This document shows positions 23,994-37,194 of a stretch of DNA of 56,204 bases, piece by piece (the first letter of the stretch is position 1; every line of letters begins with the position of its first letter). The stretch is from Phoronis australis. Taxonomy: Eukaryota > Animalia > Phoronida. A program made the position numbers and the translations under genes. Location: assembly GCA_002633005.1 (NCBI GenBank), contig NMRA01000712.1:131850-188053 (forward strand), written 5' to 3'. The notes below the pieces were generated by a model. That model did not search any database. It was not told the DNA's origin and saw only the letters and a list, made by a program, of their open reading frames with translations.

Positions 23994-25944
23994 AGTTAAC
24001 ACGTGCCCATAAATCTACTGTAATTCTTTTCTCTAGCTTCGTTATATATTTTTCACTGGTGAGTTTGTGCCAAAGTACATTGTATGCTTTGGTTTGATGC
24101 TACTTGGTCAAGCGCACTAGGTCGTAGTTTTCATTTGTACGAGAGCAGAAATTCTGTTACAGCCTGAGTAAAAATTCTCCAGTTTCGGATACTGAAAGTT
24201 TAATTATTGTGCTATAGGTCAGAGCTTGTAACAAATGTTAGAGGTAGTTAATATTGGCCATCCCAAATTCAAACTGTCATTCCATTGGTGTTACACACTA
24301 TGAGGAGCCATGAAATAACTGGTGGCTAATTTTGAGGCTTGTATGAACTGCCAAGTCATTGCAGGCTTTGGTTATACCAACTGCGCTGTTCGTTATTAGA
24401 AAAATGCATTGAACTTGTAAACCGCCCGTTGTATATCTTAATTTTTAAAATCAAGGAAAATCAATTTCAGCTTGAATTCCGTGTTCTAGGTGTTGTCTCA
24501 AATTGGAGAATTTTTACTGTATTTTTGTTATTGTATACCATCTTGTTTTGAACTCAATACGCATATTAGGCTTCACAAAATGACCATCCCTGCTGCAGTC
24601 AACGTGGTTCAATAATCTTAGGTTAGCCTCTGTTTCCGTTTTACATTTTTACCGAAATCCACAATTAGTCGAAACAACTTTCGTAGGACTTTCACTTACT
24701 GTGCTGAAAGTTCAGATTAACTTTTTTATAATTCAATATCTCCATCACAAAATGAATGCTCGCATGTAACCTTTAAGGTGCAAGTTTCGGGGTGTAATAT
24801 GTTCATTTAGTTATTTTCAACCTTTCGTTTTCTGCAGGCTCATTTGGGATGCTTTTGCTGGGCCATGGTGATTGTACATAATCTTTGATAAAGTTGTTTG
24901 AGATGTGCTGAAGTGCTGAATATGTGAAAGCTCATTATAAAACTTCTTGGTAACTCCAGGACAACTGCAAGGTACATTTTCAATGAATTGTGCTGCCAAT
25001 ATTGTATTGATAATAAAGCTGATGATTTTGATGTAATGTTACTTTATGGACACGTTTATTAATTTGTAAAGGATGAAAAAAATTGAATGTTGGAAAAAAT
25101 ACAGTGAAAATTATGTCCTGTATTTTAGTTGTCTCTTCCAACAAGGGTTTGGGAATTAGATCGGAGGACTTCATTTCAAATCTTTTGCAAGTAAAACCTA
25201 AGGGTTCTGAAATTTCGAGCCAATGACCACCATTTTTCTTTAATTTCAGTTTATTCCTTAAAAAGCAAGTTTTGTATATTAAAGGTAGCCTAAAAAATAC
25301 TTGGTGGTGACCACGTAAATTTCTGAATCGGTTTCGACATGTTTCTTACTCTAAGTAGAGGGGATTAGTGGGCTTTGAAGGATCTGGTGCCAGTTTGTTA
25401 TTTCCTGAGGGCAGGCGCAATTAGTTGGCTTGTCGGGGCGTGCTATTTTAAGCGAGTAACAGGTCTTCAGCCGTAACGAACTTTGTTTCCAATACCAGAA
25501 GCCGTCCGATTAAGGAACAAGTCAATACCAGTTTTATAGTGGTGAAATTTGGAAATCGAGAGATCGTTTCTTTGATGGGAGGCATGTGTACACCACCTTT
25601 AATTTAAATACGGTTTGGTAACATATCATGAATTGTTTTTACCTTGTGTGACGGAAGCATCATCTGTAGGATTGAGTAAAAGCAGCTAATGAATGGTTCT
25701 TATAAGTTGGAGTAAGATCTCGGCTGACTTCATGGTGTCCCTTGATCACAGCGTCTTTGTGGTAAATTGCACATGAAAGTTCTCCAGTTACTTGCCAGGT
25801 GTACCAATCGTTAGTACTTCTGTGGAATTTCTGGCCTGTAAGACGTCGATGCAGCACTTATATAAACGGACACGTTTTTTTTTTGGAAATCGGTCTCAAT
25901 ACGTATGTTAAATTTAAAGAAGGACAGCACATTACTGGGGACAG

Positions 25945-27833
25945 TTTTTTTTATACGTCCAGCCATAAATAGATGATAGTATATTGTCATCATTGTGTAC
26001 GTTGTAGGGGTGTCCGCTAGATATCTCCTTTGTTCGTATCTTTATGTAATCTGGAACAAGGTTTCAGGACATCGTTCGCGCGGTGCACATCACTTGTCAG
26101 TTTGCTCCCCTCTCCCAGAATGCAGCCGTGATCTCCAAATGGTCGGGGATTTCTTGGTGTAACATCTCAATAGAGTGCGGATGGATATCAATGAAACTTG
26201 AACCGAGAGCGTATTTTACTGCTATGCGTCGGCATAAGTTGATTTTCGGGCGGTTGCGACCCCGCTCTGCAGAAACCTCTTATGACCGTTTTGATTCTGA
26301 GAAGTGCCTTTTTAATGGATGCGGGTGATCTGTTGAAAATCAATGGAAAGAATTTCAATGAAACTTGATACAGAGGGACTTATAGAATGTGTGATTTTGT
26401 TACGCCACTCCGCCTCGAATTTCTGACGCCAAGTAATTCAACCACTGCAGCACCGCCTTATGTACGTTTTGCTCTTGATAGTAAACTTTGAGTGCTTTTA
26501 TGGAGGAAGAACATTCTCGGATGATATATAGAGAACCGATTCACGATTTCAATGGAACTTGACGGAGACGTGAGGGTAAAGCGCCGGGGCCAATGGATTT
26601 TTGGGCAAATTCGAGTACTACAGCGCGCCCTAGTGGCTGTTAGGCACTTATATTTTCAAGCTGTAGATCATTATCTGTAAAGACGACACATTTTCATATA
26701 ATGGCGCTCTACGCTGGATTGGTGTATCCCGCTTTTCGGTTTTGTCCGGACCCAGGCAATTAAGAATTTGTATATGCGAAAACTGCGTCGCGACACCGAA
26801 GCTTGTTTACCGTGAAACAACACATGGGGATGAGATAAAAATTTACATATATTACAGTAAACTAAACCACTACAGCTATCGATAAAATACAAAAGTTAAA
26901 AATAGTCGAGCTGTAATATTGGTGGGTGGCAATCTGCTGGACAATCGGCATTAAACAACTCCAGGCCTTACGAAGTTATGTACTAACGTAATGTGTTGCG
27001 CTTGGGTAAACAATATCCCAAAGCAAAACGGCGACGTCGGCATGTGAAAATTGAGAGTAACCAGTGCTTAGAGGTGTGTAACAAATTCTACGAAAGCGGT
27101 TGGTTTGGGGCAGATTTGATCACTGTAACACCCTCTATTGACAATTTCAGTCTTAATAAAGGGCTTTTCAGTACTTTTGGGGGAGGGGCCATTGGTGCCT
27201 TTTCGGGTGATATTAGAAAACCGATGGACAGACTTAAACTAAATTTGATACCGAGGTATGCGACAGCAATGCACCGGTGCCAATCGATTTTTAGTCAGGT
27301 TTGGCCTCTGCAGCATCCCCCAGCGGTCATTTTCGCATCGACTTTTTTGGCCGAATAAGAATGCTTACGGGTGATGTCTAAGGAACCAATGGTGAAGCTT
27401 CACACAGATGTTTGGGACCGTGCAATGCTCCTGTAGAAGTCGATGTTCGGGATTTTTTATTGTTGCATCACCTTGTTGTGGCTTTTCCTGTTTGAGCAGA
27501 TTCCAAGAAGTGCTAGCTGTTGTTATTATGCCATTTTTGTCTGTCTTTGTATCTGCAAAATCTCACAATGCAATGGTTCTTATGACTAAGTTTGACATTT
27601 TTGGTTACCTAGTGCTGGGTTCCTTTGCGCTATGTTTTATTTCTTGTTCGCAGTTGTTGAAAACTTTGACCTTTTAATCTTTGACTTTAACGATAGCTTT
27701 AAAAGGTGAGATACCGACACTTATGTCAGTGCTGAATACTGCACCTACCTTAGGCTTGTGCAATGGATAAGCACCCCAGAATCGTAGCGTTCGCAGTGCA
27801 CTGTGGGCGCACATCAACATTACGTTGCTCTTT
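25945..27833 (+). mobile_element. Diverged HINE-like element
   Basis: T-run then ttatacgtcc at the start; internal atgaaacttg units; 3' end gtgggcgcacatcaacattacgttgctcttttt matches the family terminus. Confidence 0.55.
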
Positions 27834-28889
27834 TTAGCGTATGTTCAATCAAAGTGTAATGGCACACATAATTGGTTTCATGGAGCAATTGAAACATCTA
27901 TACGTACATCAGGGCTTGCAATCACCCTTTTCCAAGAGGATTTCCTCTTTTGGTTTCGATTTCCGCGTTTTTGATTTCCAGTTTCCTATTCTCGTGTCGT
28001 TTTTATCATCATTTTGATTATATTCATGCAAAAATCGTTTCTTCCATTTAAATTTTAGAACACAAAAATATTCCTATCACATAACCCTATTTATTTGTAG
28101 AATGAATAGTACGTCACGTGGAAAATTGTCCTCTTCTTGTCTTTGGTCATTACATGAATAATGACCAATAACTGGATTTAACTATGATGAATGGCTTCTT
28201 TTCTCTTACGATTTATATAATTACGAATTATGAATATGTAAATTCTGATGTCACAGTGCTATCTAGCGTCTTGAATTTTTGAGCTTATCCTTACTTTTAT
28301 TCGTCAAAGAAACGATTGCACACAAGTCACACTTGATATGAACACGATCAATAACGTCTCTTTCCAAAAAGTTAATCAGTAAAAAGATTCGATGTTGTTG
28401 TTCTCAAAATTGATAATACATGTGAGATTATCCGCATTTTGGGGACCATCTTCCTTTTGTATGAAATTTATATTGCTAGATCTCCTTGGCTGAGAACACC
28501 TGAAGGTCTGCCATTTTGTATTCTACAATAATTCACTTTGTGGAAATTTGCAAGGTGGACAGTTGTTCTTGTGGTCCGCTTGGATATACTCATTAACAAC
28601 GTCTTTTTCTCATAATCGTTCTTGCGAACTGACTTTTTCCTCATAACTGGGATTCTGTTCGTCCTCTCTCGAGTCTTTTCTAACACACTGCTTTTCGTAT
28701 GAATGGCGTCCTTTCCCACGAACACGAATTTGTAATCATAGTTGGTAGAAAGGATCGTCGTGCATGAAACAAATACAGTTCGTGAAAAAAAATTAATGCG
28801 GGAGAATAGAATTGCCGTTAATGAGAGAAGCAGCTTTTGCTGACAAAAAACGACCCGTTGGGGCGTGAATTCGTAATCCACCTTTTAAA

Positions 28890-29633
28890 ATGTTTTTAAT
28901 ACAAATTTAGATGTGGTCGCATCTCTGTCCGGACGTCCGGCGTCCACAGCTGTATCTCTTAAACCCCTCACAGGATCTTAATGAGATTTGGCAGATGTGT
29001 TCTTATGAAGCTGACGACGGACGGCGACGAGTTTCGGACCTCTCCGACTACCGGTATGCCCCCTAGTGGCAATTGTAGTTTTTTCTGCTTACCTCTGTAT
29101 CTTCGGAGGTCCTCAACGGATTTTCATATAATTTGGCAGTTAGGCATCTATTAGTGAGGTGATGCCATCCTCCCGTTTTCGGTCGGATTCGAGGTACTTT
29201 GGGCCATCCAGTGGCCATTTTTACTGTTTTCGAGTCTTGTTATTTGGCATCTGCCTCTCTGTCAACCAAACCACTCTAAGGATGGCTGTGGAAATTGGCA
29301 TGTCGGTTCCTAATGTGAAGAGGAAGTCTGACGATGATTTTCCGACGACTTTATCTACTGTAGCGCCTCTTAGTGGCATTTATGTTTTTTTTGCGCCTAT
29401 AGCCTGTTAGTGGCAATATATTTTTTCGTTTTCCTCTGTTTCACAGAAGTTCCTTGACGGATTTTTTTGAAATTTGGTAAATACCTTTGATGACACATAC
29501 ATGTTTTCGGATGGATTCGACGTATTTTTCGCCATCTATTGGCCATTTTTATGTTCTAAAATAAACACCCGTAGAAGCAAACCGTTAGCGGTGCATTCGT
29601 GGTCGCATTTCAACGCTCCGCGTTGCTCATGTT
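28890..29633 (+). mobile_element. HINE copy of the same family as 21958-23393
   Basis: Close match to the 22000-22480 unit (gctgtatctc..aaacccct..caggatctta) and the same 3' end gcatttcaacgctccgcgttgctcatgttt. Confidence 0.75.
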
Positions 29634-32433
29634 TGTTGAATAGTGATTGGGGTAATTTACTAATCGCGTGGCATATTTTCATGCAAAGTCTTAGTAATCA
29701 TTTTCATGTGTGAAAATGTTCCTGCAACCTGTATTTGCGATACATTGCACTTCGCACAGATTTTTAGAGGTGACGCTTCCAGTTTTTGAAAGCGAAGGTT
29801 TGTTTTGGTTACTTAAAAGTACTCCCTAATATTTTTTTATTCATGTCATCCACTCTTAGATTGAATGAAATTCTTATAATCCTAACTGAATAGCCAATAC
29901 TCGATCAACTGTTTCTGAAAGAGTTTTAATTGATAGAAAACTTCACCCAACGATTCCCTAATGAGATCGCTTATATGGTGTTATCTAAAGAAATTCGTTT
30001 ATGGTGATTTGGGGGAATAAAAGTTATTAAAATTAACAAGAGGTTGAAGTTTATAAAAATTAGGTGAGCCTATCTTTATTTTTGGAGCCAAGAATTTTTG
30101 AGTATCAGTAACAAAATCTATCCTACCCTAATCTTGTGTCTAGGTGCAGCCGAGTCGGTCCGGATGAAGACCGACGTTCGACTTAACACTCTCCCACGAA
30201 TTCCAAGAAACCTCACTTAATAAGGCAACTGTGCTTTGTCGTGTAGTTTCTACCTAGATGCCCACTTGAACGGGCAGGCCGGGTGTTGCAGTATTTTGTA
30301 TTGTTACCACCATCACCACCAGCACTTCATCACTACCAATATAACTGCTATTACAGTTGGTACTGCCTGGATACAGAATCCATTAGTCACCGCCAAAGTT
30401 ATTCATTGCATGCGAAATTGTGGTAGTTAGTTGCACGTGATTCAAACTGAAGAGACTGCACGAAACTTGCACATTCGTCACTTTCACCATCACAGCCATA
30501 AAGGCACAAGTCACATAAAAGTTTCATGGCCGATCCGATGAGTTTCCGGAAGCCTGTTCAGTATCATGGTGAGCGCTCGCGAGCTCTCTTCGACAACTTT
30601 TAGTCAGCGGAATCTCACGTGCATTCGCAATCCCTCTCTATAGCTCATTTGCTTAGAAGTCCATAATAAGCAAGGGCGGATCCAGGATTTTGAGTTGGGG
30701 GTGGGGGCAGGGCACAGGAATAACCAAAATTTGGCAGACGCCCCCGCCCAGCCTAAAGCGTGGGGATGCAGGAGTCTCGAATTTTTGGGGATTGCTGACC
30801 TGTTAACTAAAAAAAAACGGTAAACGGGGTTTATTCAGGCCTATGCATTGTTTATTCACCCCCCGAGCCCCGTGGTTGCGCGCGTGTGCTAGTCAGCAAT
30901 TCGCACCCGGACTCCCAAATGGTATCTGGTAGAATTTTAGGGGCCAGCATGGCCCCCTTGGTCCCCCCTAAATCCGCATCTGATAGGTGCCTTTTTGTTT
31001 GTTTCATGTGACCTCCGAAAAGTCACAGGTGTGGTTTGATTTCAGTCTTAGGCTTATCGAAGTTCCTTAAGGTCGAATTGTAAAACTTGTCCCCAGCCGA
31101 GTGCACTGTTGAGAATGGATTTCGTGGACGCAATTTTGGAAGTAAAGCGAGCGTATTTGGCGTTCAACGGCTCATCAAGCTCTCACTAAGGCGAGTACTT
31201 GCGCTCTCTCTCTCAATCACAGAATATTGGCAGATAACAGGTGATGTCGACTAGGGATTGCTCAATGTCATGTGGTTTAGGCCTACTGACCAATGTCAAA
31301 TCATGCACGTACCCAGCCTGAAAATGGGGGGCTCGAACTTTTGAGAATGTGCACCTTTCACTGAGATTCACGGGGTACGTTCAAAGATATGAATTGTGCA
31401 TTCGCCGAATTTTGATAGTTCCTACCTTTTAAGTGAACTTTTGTCTCGCCCTCTACTTTTTTTCGGAATATAATTTTTGTTTCTCTGAGGCGGACCTTTT
31501 TGCTCACTTCTTCGAATGGGGAGAGGGCTCCTTGGAGCCCCCCCAAGCCTCCCATGTGTGCGCGCATGCAAATAGTCAGCCGACGTCAACGACCATCACC
31601 CGATGAATATGGCAGATCGTTAGTGCCGTAACACTTTGTACACGATCGTCTGCTTTTTGTTGTCGGGGTAGTCGAGGATTTCCGTTACCTCGAATTCGAT
31701 AGTCGCCCTGTCTTATGCTTGGCCATCGGGTTTAAGATAACTCATTCCGACGGTCATCGTCCGCATGCGACTTGTGTGTACTAAGCTGAGCTTCATCCTT
31801 CTCTTCACGCCTGTGTGTGCACTAAGCCTTAGTTTATGCTTTTGTCGTGCATGTCAGTTCCAAAACTTGAGGAAAAATTTCTGCTGCTCGTATCTTGCTA
31901 TGATACAAACTGCATCTCGGTGAATTGTGAGGTAGGTACGCTTTCATTTTATGTCCGAATCGAAAGGCAATTTCACATTAAATTGCAAATTAAATTGATC
32001 CGCTCCATGCGTGCACCCTGACTAAAATATAAGAGGGCTCGAATTTTTAAGAATGTGGACATTTTCCTAAAAAACGGGGTATGTTCAGAGCTATAAACTG
32101 TGCATCCGCCGAATCCATGCCTTTTTAGTGAACTTTTATCTCGTTTTCTCGGACTTTTGTTTCTCTGAGGGGGACCTTTTTGCCGACTTCAGCAAATTTG
32201 GGGACTCGTTCGAGCCCCCCCCCCTGGGTGTGCGCATGCGCTAAACACTTGTTATAACTTAGTGTCCATTGCTTCGCTTTCCGACTAAAACTTGGCAGGC
32301 GGGAAGGCACTTGCAGCAAGAACGCTTCATTTCCAGTGTGCACACGTAGAAATTTGTCTGAAATGTACACGTTAAGCCCAATAGATTAAATGGGTTGCCT
32401 GATATTGATATGTGTCCTATGTTCATTTGTTAA

Positions 32434-33732
32434 AGGCGAAGGCAACCTTTTTCATGTCACTTTTAGCAAAAACAAGGTCTGTTGATTATCACAGACATTT
32501 TTTTTACTTAATTACAACTTTTCGTAAATTAATTAATTTCTCGTCCTCTACTCCGGAAGTGACGTTTTGGGAGGCAAGAATTTCGCGGCAATTTCTTTTC
32601 ATGCAGTCTGACTGTGAGAGCAGTCGAGTCAGTCATTGTCCTACCTCTGTTGTGATAAGTTCGGTCGTCGTTTGCTTTTGTTTACGAGTCAGTCAACATG
32701 CCACCCTGTTGCTACGTACCAGGATGTACTCATTATCGTCACAGACGCGCTTTGGGTACCTTGCATCGCTTTCCGAAGGATGACACACTTCGCCGTACTT
32801 GGCTAGCTCGCTCGTGTGAAGAACGCAGGCGCTACCCGTTCACGCAACGTACAAAGCAGTGGCAAGCATTTTCAGCCGTCAGATTACGACAGAGACATGT
32901 ACGGTGAATTGATGAAGGTCCCTGCGAAACAACGCCTGAAAAAGGGTTGCATACCGTCGCTGTTGATTCCCGGCAGTGTCCCGTCGCCACCCCCGAGAAG
33001 TGCGTTTTTGAAGCGAGAAGCCTCGCGAGCTGTGGCCACTATATACAGGCACTTCATCTACTGTAACCCATGCCTCCGAACGTACCCCATAGTGTGCAAT
33101 TCCAGGAACTAGTAGTGATTCCCCGTGTGCTGTTGTCTCTAGCCCAGAGCCTGTACGCAGCCCTGCAGCGATGTTCAGTAGTGGGAGTGAATACAGGCCC
33201 AGTTTGACACCCATTGAAAAGAACAGTTCGTCATATAATGAACAGATCGATGAGCCTAAGTTTGATAAGTTTATTGTTAACTTGTATTGAAGCTATTTAG
33301 AATGTGCCACGTGTGTGACGAGGGAGTCGCACGGCGGGATGTAAGCAGTTTGAGTGCCCAAGTCACCATCCACTGGGAGTGTGTCGCGGGACACTCGGGC
33401 AAGTGGGACAGTTCTTACTCTGTACGTGAGACGATAATGAGTACATCTCGGTAGGCAGCAACAGGATGTCATGTTGACTGACTCGTTAACAAAAGCAAAC
33501 GACGACCGAACTTATTACAACCGAGGTAGAACAATGACTGACTAGGCTGCTCTCACAGTCAGACTAAAAAGAAATTGGCGCGAAATTCTTGCCTCCCAAA
33601 ACGTAACTTCCGGAGTAGACGACGAGTAATTAATTAAATTACGAAAAGCTTTAAATAAGTGAAAAATATGTCTGGGATAATCATCGAACTCTATTTTGCT
33701 AAAAATGACATGAAAAAAGATTGCCTTCGCCT
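32434..33732 (+). mobile_element. Kolobok DNA transposon derivative with a THAP domain and ~310-bp TIRs
   Basis: TTAA|AGGCGAAGGCAA ... TTGCCTTCGCCT|TTAA; the arms are long inverted copies; internal frameshifted THAP and zinc-finger coding remnants; no DDE core. Confidence 0.9.
32698..33420 (+). pseudogene. Frameshifted, truncated THAP/H2CH-type Kolobok transposase N-terminus
   Basis: MPPCCYVPGC..LHRFPKD..RRTW, then in another frame KHFQPSDY..RLKKGCIPSL (THAP), and later CHVC..WECVAGHSGKWDSS (zinc-finger motif). Confidence 0.8.
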
Positions 33733-35379
33733 TTAAGAACAAGATTTGTTTAAAAGTGCCATGTGACAAATACAATCCTACTTAATTTTCAAGTACCGAA
33801 AATTCGTCAGATAAGGAGACTATAAGTGAATTTTAAATTGTCTCTTTCAAAAATAAGTAAGCATCCGAAAGTTATTGTTTTTCAGTCTCAAGTTCTGTAA
33901 CGTAAACTACCACCACAGAACGTTTTCAAAATTTGCTAACATTCACGACGTTAGAAGACCAGCTGAAAAATATAGAAGGGCTTATTCCTGAAATTCATTT
34001 TGTCCCGACTTGGCTTGATAATACTCTTGTGTATGTATAATTTGCGTAAATGTTAGAAGCATCCTTGGCATGCTTATAGTACATCCCGTCGAAGCTAGAA
34101 ATATGGTTATTGTCATACAGCTTCATAAAAAATAAATAAGGCTGTGGAAGTTAAGTACCGCTCAGAAATAGTCTGCAGATCCTTGTTAACTGTGCTTCTC
34201 GTGCTCATTATTGAATTCACTTTTGTAGGTTAACTGCATGCTCTTCTGTTTCTCAATAATCTACAGCAGTGAAGGTATGATGTGGTGTGGTATGGTATTG
34301 TATGTTATGGTATGCATATGGCATGGCATGCAGTTATAAGTTCAAGTTCTGGCTATTTTTTCAGTGTTGTGAGGCGCTTGCTTTAGAGGCCGGGGGTACT
34401 CGACCCATTTTTTACAGTGTGCCGTTGAACCCGTCTTTTTAGAGTCGACGTATTATAAAACGCCATCCGTAAGTTCATGAGTTTGGACATTTGAAGAGCC
34501 CCTGTCGTAATGTTTTATCCTTAACATAATTTTTTGTAAAGAGTGTCAGTCCTACGAGAAATGTTCACTTACTGTGAAACTTAAAAAAATAGTGCCTTGT
34601 TTTGCACTGTAATATCATATCGACCTCTTCTGTATTTTTTGTTCTTAACCTATTAAGTGAATCCTGATATGGTAAGCACTCGTATCTTAGTTGATGAACT
34701 TAACTTTTACCACGGTTCGTCATTGCACATAGATTCTCCAGGAAAAATACTTATTGTGGTAGTAACCAAAAACGTCGGAAATAAGCAGCGGTGCCTTCAG
34801 CGGTGTGCGCGGTGCCAATATTTCCAATTTATTTCGATATCCTCTTTTGCCAACTTTGTGTGCATGTGATTTTGCAACGAATGATGCATGGTATCGCTGA
34901 TGTTTGGATTGAAATCTCTCAGTTTTCAATTTTCAATTAGTTAATCGCCTGTGTTAGTTTCTCACGGAATTCTGTCGTCAACTGTCCAAAGATGCGACCA
35001 CCACTGCAGAAAAATGTTTCCCAACATTCACTGTTTTTCAAAAAGTTCTCATGTTGGGTGATCACTGTGTAAAGCAATATTGAAGTTGGTCCTCTGCAGG
35101 TACACTTGAATCTGGCGCCAATGTGTATTCATCTGCATTAAGCGTGTTATGTGTAAGTGGCAATATTTGTCTCTTCTGTCAAGTCGAAATCAACCTCTGC
35201 GGAAATTGCTCCCTGGACATTCAGTGAAGGACAAGTTTAATCTGCTTCCAGGTTATCGCTCCCATACCTAATATCTTTGGTGAAGACATTGTGGTCAAAA
35301 GGAAAGAAACATATTTGAAGTATACGAATTGCCTTATTTCGCGGTGTTGAACGCCTGGAGAATGCTCATCCAAACAACG

Positions 35380-36130
35380 CAGCTAGCGGCTATGACACGT
35401 ACAATTTTCCTTTGGGCAAATTGGTACATGTTGCCGCAGAGTTGTAGACAATATCGATAACTTGCCTCTTGTGAATGGAGTGTTGTTGTAATGTGATGTG
35501 ATGGAATACCATGTTCTCTTGCGTGTTCAGTATCAGCTAACGTCTATCCTTAACATGGTGTGTTGTCCATGGAGTGCACCGTACACAAACTTCCTGGCTG
35601 ACTTTCAACGAGTTGGTGAACAAGACTAACGTGATCCAGATAGCGAAGGAGCAAATGTATCTGAATTTGAAAAGCCTTTAGTTTGACACTGATGTAGGCG
35701 AGGTACCGTTCGTGAAGCCAAGGGTGATGACAGTGTCTACGCGGACAGAAACGTTGCTCTCTGGTTACTTTCCTAACTCTGGATGTTTCCTTTTTTGCCG
35801 TAATATTCCTGGTTTTTGCATGTTCTTTGTCTGTTTGAAAGGCTATCTAGTGCGAAGGAATTTGTGTTTTTTCATTAGAATACCACAAGGATTTGCACCT
35901 TTGTGGTGTTGAAACCAACTGATCTTGCAAGATTTTGTATAGCAAGACACTATATCGACATGGATCGTTTGGGCCAGTCTGTCTCGGTGATTTCGTTTCA
36001 ATGCCAAATGGATGGGAAAATTCAGCTTTTGCAATTATGTCGTAAGCAAGACGTTTGACGTCACATGTTGCCAACTCATGCCACACTTTTTCCATTGACT
36101 AGCCATAGTTCTTTTTCCGTACTAATTCTA
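35380..36130 (-). pseudogene. Decayed pogo/Tigger-like transposase fragment
   Basis: Across frameshifts on the minus strand: DVKRLAYDII..SHPF, DWPKRSM, ARSVGFNTTKV, KG...VRKVT, AREHGI. The motif order matches CENP-B/pogo transposases. Confidence 0.55.
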
Positions 36131-37194
36131 CTAGACCTTGGTCACATTGAGGACATACGTGTGTGCTGGTAAACCGGGTTCTCTTCTTTCTCTGAACTAG
36201 GACACGTCACTTCGAATAGATGCTCTGGAGATTTATATCGATCTACCTGACTTTCCTCTTATTTTCCTTTGTAACAGGGAACCATTTCTGTGAAGCTAGT
36301 ATTCAAACATTTACGTATTGGTATTGGTGCCCCACGTTGGTGCAAGACGCCTACTGTGAACGCTTGTTTGCCCTCAAAACACGTACATTTTTATATAAAC
36401 TGCAGTTGGTAATTGTCACAGGGATCTCGTATTTTGAAAGCAAGTTTCCACCACTGTACAACGGCATTCAGGTGTTCACAAAATCCATGACCCCGTATAC
36501 GCGACGGGTGCCCGGTAAATTTGTAAAAGATTTCCAATAAAATTTGAAAGTATAAAATTGCTTATCACGGTCTGATATAACGTGCCCGTATTTTGAGAAC
36601 CAGTTTTCTCCACTGAATAACGGGCATAAACTGGTTCTCAAAATACGGGCACGTTGTATCAGACTATAAAATGCGGGCACGTTATGTCACACTATTGCCA
36701 CCGTTAATGCATTTCTCTTCAACCATAATGATCGTCTTTTGGACTCTTAAAAATCAAAGCCATTTGGAGATGCAATTGTAGTTATAAAATCCACTTTGTT
36801 ATTGCATAAAGTCACTAAGCCTACGTCTACCATGGCGGTACACTACCATGTATACTAGATAAACTTTGGAACGTTCTTGCATTCACGTTATTTTGTGATG
36901 TGTTACTTCATTGACTCTTCTAATTTCCCTTGGTGTGAGCATTTCATTTCACCTTATCCACAAAAAATCTTTCATTATAAAGAGACATCTCTCTCTTAAT
37001 TTACATACGCCGTTCTTCTTTCACGAGCGATTCTTTTTGTCAGCACACTGTAGGTCCCAAGAAAGGTTTTAAAGATTGAGAGAGAAAAATTGTGTTGACG
37101 TCATGAGAAAAGAGCTTTGGAAAAAATAAAACTGGCATGCTGCTGAGTAAAAGTAAACATATTTTGATGTTCTGTTTTTATTGATTTGTTGTAG

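Noticed and set aside
32698-33112. Host THAP transcription-factor gene
   Set aside because: Frameshifted, and enclosed by TIRs with a TTAA TSD, so it is a transposon remnant.
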